A stretch of 64,000 nucleotides of DNA from Desulfuromonas sp. (GTDB taxonomy: Bacteria; Desulfobacterota; Desulfuromonadia; Desulfuromonadales; UBA2294): positions 3,710 to 67,709 of the forward strand of contig PKTZ01000020.1 of assembly GCA_002868925.1 (NCBI GenBank). Reading direction: 5' to 3'. Both the position numbers and the translations under genes were made by a program. Shown here piece by piece: positions 58,069-64,000 of this stretch. Position 1 is the stretch's first letter. Every line of letters starts with the position of its first letter. The notes beneath the pieces were generated by a model. The model searched no databases. It was not told where the DNA came from and saw only the letters and a list, made by a program, of their open reading frames with translations.

Positions 58069-58983
58069 ATGCATGGTTTTTTGCTGATCGACAAGCCGGC
58101 CGGGATCACCTCGCACGACATCGTGCGCCAGATCCGGCGCAAGCTCCATATCAAAAGGGTTGGTCACGGCGGTACCCTCGACCCGATGGCGACCGGGCTG
58201 GTCCCGGTGGCGATCGGTGATGCGACCCGCCTGCTCGAATTCTATTCCGATAGTGACAAGGGTTACTCGGCAACGATGCGTCTCGGTGTGACCACCGATA
58301 GCCAGGATGCCGAAGGTGAGGTTGTCGCTACCGCCGACTGGCAGAGCGTGACGCCCGATACGGTCGAGCAGACGCTGACGTCGATGCAGGGCGATCTCGA
58401 CCAGGTGCCGCCGATGTTTTCGGCCCTGAAGAAGGACGGGACTCCACTTTACAAGCTGGCTCGGCAGGGGATCGAAGTCGAACGCAAGGCACGTCGTATC
58501 ACCATCCGTTCCATCGCCATGACCGCCTGCGAGCTGCCATCGGTGAGCTTCGACGTCGTCTGCTCCAAGGGGACCTATATTCGTACCCTGGCTCACGATG
58601 TCGGCCAGAGCCTCGGCTGTGGCGCCCACCTGACCGCGCTGCGCCGCTTCCGCCACGGACCGTATGAGATCGCGGCCGCAATCCGGCTCGAGGATTTCGT
58701 TGCCGCCAGCGACGAGCAGGCAGCCGCGATGCTGATCCCGCTGCTCGAGATGCTGCCTGACCTGCCGCTTGGCCGCCTGTCGGATGAGGCGATCCCACGA
58801 CTGCTCAACGGCATCCCGCCGCAGAGTGATGAGGTCGACTTTGATGCTGACTGTGTGGGTGGCGATATAGTCCGCCTCGTTGCCGGAGGTAGGCTGCTGG
58901 CCGTCGCCGAGTTCGACCCGGCCCGTACGCGGGAGAAGAGGGGGGATTTTATCCTCTCCCGGGTTTTTACCTGTGGCCAATAA
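58069..58983 (+). CDS. truB: tRNA pseudouridine(55) synthase TruB
   Basis: GFLLIDKPAGITSHD, catalytic-Asp motif GHGGTLDPMATG, QVPPMFSALK. Confidence 0.95.
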   Translation: MHGFLLIDKPAGITSHDIVRQIRRKLHIKRVGHGGTLDPMATGLVPVAIGDATRLLEFYSDSDKGYSATMRLGVTTDSQDAEGEVVATADWQSVTPDTVEQTLTSMQGDLDQVPPMFSALKKDGTPLYKLARQGIEVERKARRITIRSIAMTACELPSVSFDVVCSKGTYIRTLAHDVGQSLGCGAHLTALRRFRHGPYEIAAAIRLEDFVAASDEQAAAMLIPLLEMLPDLPLGRLSDEAIPRLLNGIPPQSDEVDFDADCVGGDIVRLVAGGRLLAVAEFDPARTREKRGDFILSRVFTCGQ

Positions 58984-59030
58984 GATCCGGACTGATCATC
59001 GTAAGGGTTGCAAAAGGTTGCCCTGGAAAG

Positions 59031-59230
59031 TCAAAATCTGTTTCACGCGAAGGCGCAAAGTAAAGAAAATACGAACAGGCAACGGCTTAAAGTCGACAAG
59101 ATTAATAGGTTTTGTTTTTAACCTTGAGGAGTATTTTTTTATGGTTGTCGATTCTCTTGGCGACTTTGCGGCTTTGCGTGAAATACGTTTTTCGAATAGA
59201 CTATTGCGGTTCTCTTCGTGCCTTCGTGGT
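59031..59230. repeat. Structured intergenic repeat element, copy B (same family as 37229..37470)
   Basis: Shares TCAAAATCTGTTT and T7-GGTTGTCGATTCTCTTGGCGACTTTGCGGCTTTGCGTGA. Inverted arms CACGCGAAGGCGCAAAG / CTTTGCGGCTTTGCGTG. Terminal CTCTTCGTGCCTTCGTGG. Confidence 0.7.
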
Positions 59231-59361
59231 AATAACCATTTGTTCGGGTTGCAGAACCGATAAAATAATCGAATCAAGGCTTTACATCGGGTTGATGTTG
59301 TGATAAATAGACGTGTTTCTAAGACATAATAAAGATTATTGCCGGAAAGGAAGCGTAACAG

Positions 59362-59628
59362 ATGCTGGCTACGGAACGTAAACAGGAAATTATTGAAAAG
59401 TTCAAGACTCATGAAAGTGACACCGGTTCGCCGGAAGTGCAGATCGCACTTCTCTCTGAGCGGATCAGTTACCTGACTGAGCATTTCAGAACACACAAGA
59501 AGGATCATCATTCCCGTCGCGGATTGCTCAAGCTTGTCGGTCAGCGCCGGAGGCTCCTCGATTATCTGAAGTCCAAGAATGTCGAGAGCTACCGGACGAT
59601 CATCAAGGAACTCGGTATCCGCCGGTAA
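59362..59628 (+). CDS. rpsO: 30S ribosomal protein S15
   Basis: 88 aa. [47 protein letters not shown]. Confidence 0.97.
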   Translation: MLATERKQEIIEKFKTHESDTGSPEVQIALLSERISYLTEHFRTHKKDHHSRRGLLKLVGQRRRLLDYLKSKNVESYRTIIKELGIRR

Positions 59629-59634
59629 AAAAAG

Positions 59635-59680
59635 GGCAGCGGTTCTTCAGCCGACACGGAGAACACGCTGCCTTTTGCTT
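59635..59680 (+). terminator. Rho-independent terminator/attenuator between rpsO and pnp
   Basis: GGCAGCGGTTCT...AGAACACGCTGCC stem (12 bp, one bulge) followed by TTTTGCTTT. Confidence 0.75.
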
Positions 59681-59696
59681 TACATAGGCTGGCGCG

Positions 59697-59759
59697 GGAG
59701 GTTGTCCGGAGAGAGTGTCTGTGCCCGATCGGTACAGGCAATGTCTCAGGCCATCCTCC
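59697..59759 (+). promoter_or_regulatory. Long imperfect hairpin in the pnp 5' leader (candidate processing/autoregulation stem)
   Basis: Basal GGAGG(59697..59701)/CCTCC(59755..59759). Apical CTGTGCC(59719..59725)/GGTACAG(59731..59737). Confidence 0.4.
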
Positions 59760-59839
59760 TTTGCCTTTCTTCCGCGTGTTGGTATCCTCTATCGGAAGAG
59801 ATTGTCGTAAAACTGAATAGAAAGCTAAAGGAGGCTTAA

Positions 59840-61939
59840 ATGGCCCACCAGAAAGTACAGGCCGAATTCAACGGCCAGCCGCTGACCATCGAAACCGGTC
59901 AGGTGGCACGTCAAGCTGATGGCGCGGTAATCGTCACCTATGGAGAATCGAAGGTTCTCTGTACGGTCGTCTCCGCGACCAAGATGCGCGAAGGTCAGGA
60001 TTTCTTCCCCCTGACCGTCAACTACCAGGAAAAATTCTACGCAGCCGGCAAAATTCCCGGCTCCTTCTTCCGCCGCGAGCGCGGCGCCACCGAGCGTGAG
60101 ACCCTGATCTGTCGTCTCATCGACCGCCCGATGCGTCCGCTCTTCCCGAAGGGTTACCTCTACGAGACCCAGATCATGCCGACCGTTATCTCGGCCGACC
60201 TGGTCAACGACCCCGACACCCTGGCCATGGTTGCCGCTTCGGCCGCCGTTGCCGTTTCCGACATTCCGTTCGAAGGCCCCATCGCCGCCGTTCGCGTCGG
60301 CCGGATCGACGGCAAGCTCGTCGCCAACCCGACCCGCGAGCAGATGGAAAACAGCGATATCGAGATCGTCGTTTCCGGTTCGAAGGACGCGGTGATGATG
60401 GTCGAAGGTGAAGCCGACCTGATTTCCGAAGACGAGATGCTCGAAGCGATCTTCTTCGGCCACGAGTCGCTGCAGCCGCTGATCGCCCTGCAGGAAGAGC
60501 TGGCCGCCAAGGTCGGTGTCGAAAAACGTGAATTCATCGTTCCTGAAACCGACGCCACCCTCGAGGAGCGGGTCACCGCTCTGACCGAGGAGCCGATGGG
60601 CAAAGCGGTCCGCATCCAGACCAAGCAGGAGCGCTACGCCGCCATCGACCAGGTCAAGACCGAGGTCAAGGAAGCGTTGGCCGAAGAATTCGAAGGCCGC
60701 GAGGAGGAGATCAGCTCCATTATCGGCTCGATTCACAAGCGGATCGTACGCCAGATGGTCGTTAACGATCGCGTCCGGATCGACGGCCGTGACATGTCGA
60801 CCATCCGCCCGATCACCTGCGACGCCGGCTTTTTGCCGCGCGCCCACGGCAGCGCCCTGTTTACCCGTGGCGAGACCCAGGCTCTGGTTGCCGCCACCCT
60901 CGGCACCGCTGTCGATGAACAGCGCATGGACAATGTGCAGGCGATGGAGTTCAAGAAGTTCCTGCTCCATTACAACTTCCCGCCGTTCTGCGTCGGTGAG
61001 ACCAGCATGCGCCTCTTCCCGGGCCGCCGTGAGATCGGTCATGGTTACCTGGCCGAGCGTTCGGTTGCCAAGATCCTGCCGAAGCATGACGACTTCCCGT
61101 ACACCATCCGTATCGTCTCCGACATCCTCGAGTCGAACGGTTCCTCGTCGATGGCCTCGGTCTGCGGTTCCTCGCTGGCGTTGATGGACGCCGGAGTCCC
61201 GGTCAGTGACGCTGTCGCCGGTATCGCCATGGGCCTGATCAAGGAAGACGACAAGGTCGCAGTCCTCTCCGACATCCTCGGTGACGAGGACCACCTCGGC
61301 GACATGGACTTCAAGGTGACCGGTACCGCCAACGGTGTTGCCGCTCTGCAGATGGATATCAAGATCACCGGCGTCGACAAGGCGATCATGAAGCAGGCGC
61401 TCGAGCAGGCCCGTGAAGGCCGCCTCCACATCCTCGGCAAGATGGCCGAAGCGATCGCCGAGGCCCGTCCGGAGCTTTCGCCGTACGCACCGCGGATTAC
61501 CACTATCTACGTCAAGCCGGACCAGGTCCGTACCGTTATCGGCCCCGGTGGCAAGAACATCCGTGGTATCATCGACGCTACCGGTTGCGCCATCGATATC
61601 GAAGACGACGGCCGGGTCAACATCGCTTCTTCGGACGGCGAAGCGGCCAAGGCGGCGATCAAGATGATCCGCGACCTGACCCAGGAGGCCGAAGTCGGCC
61701 GCCTCTACCAGGGCGAAGTCAAGAAGATCATGGAATTCGGCGCCTTCGTCGAAATCTTCCCCGGCACCGACGGCCTGGTTCATATCTCCGAACTGGCCAA
61801 AGAGCGCGTGCGCTCGGTTACCGATATTCTCAACGAAGGTGACTCGGTTCTGGTAAAATGTATCGGTATAGACAAGCAGGGCAAGATCAAGCTGTCACGC
61901 AAGGAAGCGCTCGATCAGAAGCTTCCTGAAGAGGGCTGA
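59840..61939 (+). CDS. pnp: Polyribonucleotide nucleotidyltransferase (PNPase)
   Basis: 699 aa. Two RNase PH domains, KH ([12 protein letters not shown]), S1 ([28 protein letters not shown]). Confidence 0.97.
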   Translation: MAHQKVQAEFNGQPLTIETGQVARQADGAVIVTYGESKVLCTVVSATKMREGQDFFPLTVNYQEKFYAAGKIPGSFFRRERGATERETLICRLIDRPMRPLFPKGYLYETQIMPTVISADLVNDPDTLAMVAASAAVAVSDIPFEGPIAAVRVGRIDGKLVANPTREQMENSDIEIVVSGSKDAVMMVEGEADLISEDEMLEAIFFGHESLQPLIALQEELAAKVGVEKREFIVPETDATLEERVTALTEEPMGKAVRIQTKQERYAAIDQVKTEVKEALAEEFEGREEEISSIIGSIHKRIVRQMVVNDRVRIDGRDMSTIRPITCDAGFLPRAHGSALFTRGETQALVAATLGTAVDEQRMDNVQAMEFKKFLLHYNFPPFCVGETSMRLFPGRREIGHGYLAERSVAKILPKHDDFPYTIRIVSDILESNGSSSMASVCGSSLALMDAGVPVSDAVAGIAMGLIKEDDKVAVLSDILGDEDHLGDMDFKVTGTANGVAALQMDIKITGVDKAIMKQALEQAREGRLHILGKMAEAIAEARPELSPYAPRITTIYVKPDQVRTVIGPGGKNIRGIIDATGCAIDIEDDGRVNIASSDGEAAKAAIKMIRDLTQEAEVGRLYQGEVKKIMEFGAFVEIFPGTDGLVHISELAKERVRSVTDILNEGDSVLVKCIGIDKQGKIKLSRKEALDQKLPEEG

Positions 61940-61955
61940 TACAGATAGGGGAACC

Positions 61956-63218
61956 ATGATCAACCAGACGATCATCGATAATGGAATCAGGATCATTACC
62001 GAACAGATACCGGTCGCTCACTCCGTCTCCCTCGGAGCCTGGGTGACGACCGGTTCAAGATATGAAGATGCCGCTTTAAGCGGCATCTCTCATTTTGTCG
62101 AGCATATGTACTTCAAGGGGACCGAGCAGCGCTCGGCGCGGCAGATCGCGTTGGAGATTGACGCCGTCGGCGGGCTCCTCAACGCCTTCACCAGCCACGA
62201 GTACTGCTGCTACTACGCCAAGGTCCTCTCTCATAACCTGCCGCTGGCGACCGACCTGATCTCCGACATCCTGCTCAATTCGGTCTTCTCGCTCGACGAT
62301 ATCGAAAAAGAGCGGCGGGTTATCCTCAACGAGATCGCCATGGTCGAGGATACACCCGACGACCAGGTACATGAGCTGTTCAGCCAGATGTTCTGGCAGG
62401 GGAACAGCCTGGGACAGCCGATTCTCGGCAGCCGGGATTCGGTCAGCCGTTTCAGTCGCGCATCCATACTCGAATTCGTGAAAGAGGCCTACTGCGGCAA
62501 TAACCTGATGATCACCGCCGCCGGCAACCTTGAGCACCAGGCGGTGGTTGACCAGGTCGCCGAACGATTCGCCAAGGTCAAGCCGGGCCGTAAACCGGCA
62601 TCGGTCAAGGCTCCGGAATATCGGGGCGGGGTCGATGTGCGCAAGCGCCAGCTCGAGCAGGTCCATGTCTGTCTCGGCACCAAGGGTTTGCCGCAGAGCC
62701 ACCCCGATCGCTTTGTGATCTATTTTCTCAATACCATCCTCGGTGGCAGTATGAGTTCGCGCCTTTTCCAGGCCATCCGCGAGGAGCGTGGGCTTGCCTA
62801 TTCAATCTACAGCTACCTCCATTCCCACTCCGATGCCGGTGCCCTGATCGTCTATGCCGGAACGCCTCCGGAGGATGCTTACGATGTGGTCGCCCTGATC
62901 TTGCGCGAGCTACATGAAACCAGCCACTCGCTGGTGCCGGATGAGGAGTTCGCCGCCGCCCGCGAGCAACTCAAGGGGAACCTGCTGCTGTCGCTGGAAA
63001 GTACCGAGAACCGGATGACCCGCCTTGCCAAGAACGAGATATACCTCGGCAAGCAGCCATCGATCGAAGAGTCGATCGACGGGATCGACAAGGTGACGCC
63101 GGAGGATGTTCGCACCCTGGCCTCGGAGCTGTTCCACGACAAGTACCTGACCCTGCAGATGCTCGGTACCCCAGATGATGCCGATTTTTCCATCCTCGAC
63201 CTGACGGTCAACGAATAA
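61956..63218 (+). CDS. M16-family zinc peptidase (insulinase-like)
   Basis: Inverted zinc motif HFVEH. EYCCYYAKV, RVILNEI. Confidence 0.88.
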   Translation: MINQTIIDNGIRIITEQIPVAHSVSLGAWVTTGSRYEDAALSGISHFVEHMYFKGTEQRSARQIALEIDAVGGLLNAFTSHEYCCYYAKVLSHNLPLATDLISDILLNSVFSLDDIEKERRVILNEIAMVEDTPDDQVHELFSQMFWQGNSLGQPILGSRDSVSRFSRASILEFVKEAYCGNNLMITAAGNLEHQAVVDQVAERFAKVKPGRKPASVKAPEYRGGVDVRKRQLEQVHVCLGTKGLPQSHPDRFVIYFLNTILGGSMSSRLFQAIREERGLAYSIYSYLHSHSDAGALIVYAGTPPEDAYDVVALILRELHETSHSLVPDEEFAAAREQLKGNLLLSLESTENRMTRLAKNEIYLGKQPSIEESIDGIDKVTPEDVRTLASELFHDKYLTLQMLGTPDDADFSILDLTVNE

Positions 63219-63248
63219 CCTATTACGCTGCTATTCCCGGAGTTAAAG

Positions 63249-63712
<464 letters not shown>

Positions 63713-63716
<4 letters not shown>

Positions 63717-63985
63717 CTGAGTGTTCGACCCCGGAGGTCGAGTTTCCGACCGAATACACCTTCAAGGCGTTCGGCCTTGCCGAGAAGGAAGAAGAGTTCA
63801 TAAAGGCGGTTAAGCAGGCGGTCAACAACAGCGTGACCTGCAGTGATGATGCCATCCACATCCGCGAGAGTTCCGGTGGCAAGTATGTCTGCGTGTCGGC
63901 CATGGCCTATCTGACTGGTAAAGAGCAGCTCTACGCCGTCTACCGCGATCTCAAAGCGATCGACGGCCTGATGTTTCTGCTGTAG
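63713..63985 (+). CDS. DUF493 (YbeD-like) protein
   Basis: 90 aa. [11 protein letters not shown] motif. Start overlaps the dut stop. Confidence 0.75.
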
Positions 63986-64000
63986 GGTCACATTGCCGGC

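Noticed and set aside
59825-61783. 652-aa ORF on the minus strand (and similar: 54021..55409, 40037..41314, 17574..19082 (+), 47551..48690, 23452..24744, 14956..15999, 5233..6222, 6500..7522, 20346..21320 (+), 57979..58980)
   Set aside because: Each lies entirely antisense to a gene with unmistakable family motifs (pnp, infB, the amidase, thrC, rsmE/trmJ, exbBD/pfkA, the NHL protein, the cytochrome, the Fe-S protein, maeB, truB). Their translations are Arg/Gly/Asp/His/Val-rich with no recognisable motifs. This is the usual shadow-ORF effect of GC-rich codon usage.

Overview
GC-rich, gene-dense chromosomal segment with about 60 protein genes, one tRNA and no rRNA. I saw no CRISPR array, transposase or phage genes. 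The gene content suggests a Desulfuromonadales-type deltaproteobacterium, but this is inference only: a multiheme cytochrome, many PAS/GAF/CHASE2/MCP signalling proteins and apparent selenocysteine use. Roughly 37.7-64 kb is housekeeping: mutS, an amidase, glnD, xerD, apgM, holC, rsmE, RNA methyltransferases, rimP-nusA-ylxR/L7Ae-infB-DUF503-rbfA-nrnA-like-truB-rpsO-pnp, an M16 peptidase and dut. The first ~37 kb is richer in accessory and signalling functions. The items most worth a second look are listed here. (1) A periplasmic AhpC/TSA-type peroxiredoxin carries an in-frame TGA exactly at the peroxidatic-Cys position, so it is a likely selenoprotein that the ORF track splits in two. (2) That operon is flanked by two paralogous PAS-kinase/receiver pairs whose receivers replace helix alpha-2 with a conserved Cys-rich insert. 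(3) A Crp/Fnr regulator lies next to two perfect TTGAC-N4-GTCAA boxes upstream of a lipoprotein / HAO-like cytochrome / YgbA-like cluster and an Fe-S protein gene, which suggests a nitrogen-oxide stress regulon. (4) The HAO-like nine-CXXCH cytochrome is interrupted by a single in-frame TAG. (5) A structured intergenic repeat family, built from ~8-nt periodic CTTNGYG motifs in inverted arms, occurs upstream of mutS and of rpsO. Many long ORFs antisense to recognisable genes are treated as GC-driven shadow ORFs. All family calls come from motif recognition by eye; no database search was run.
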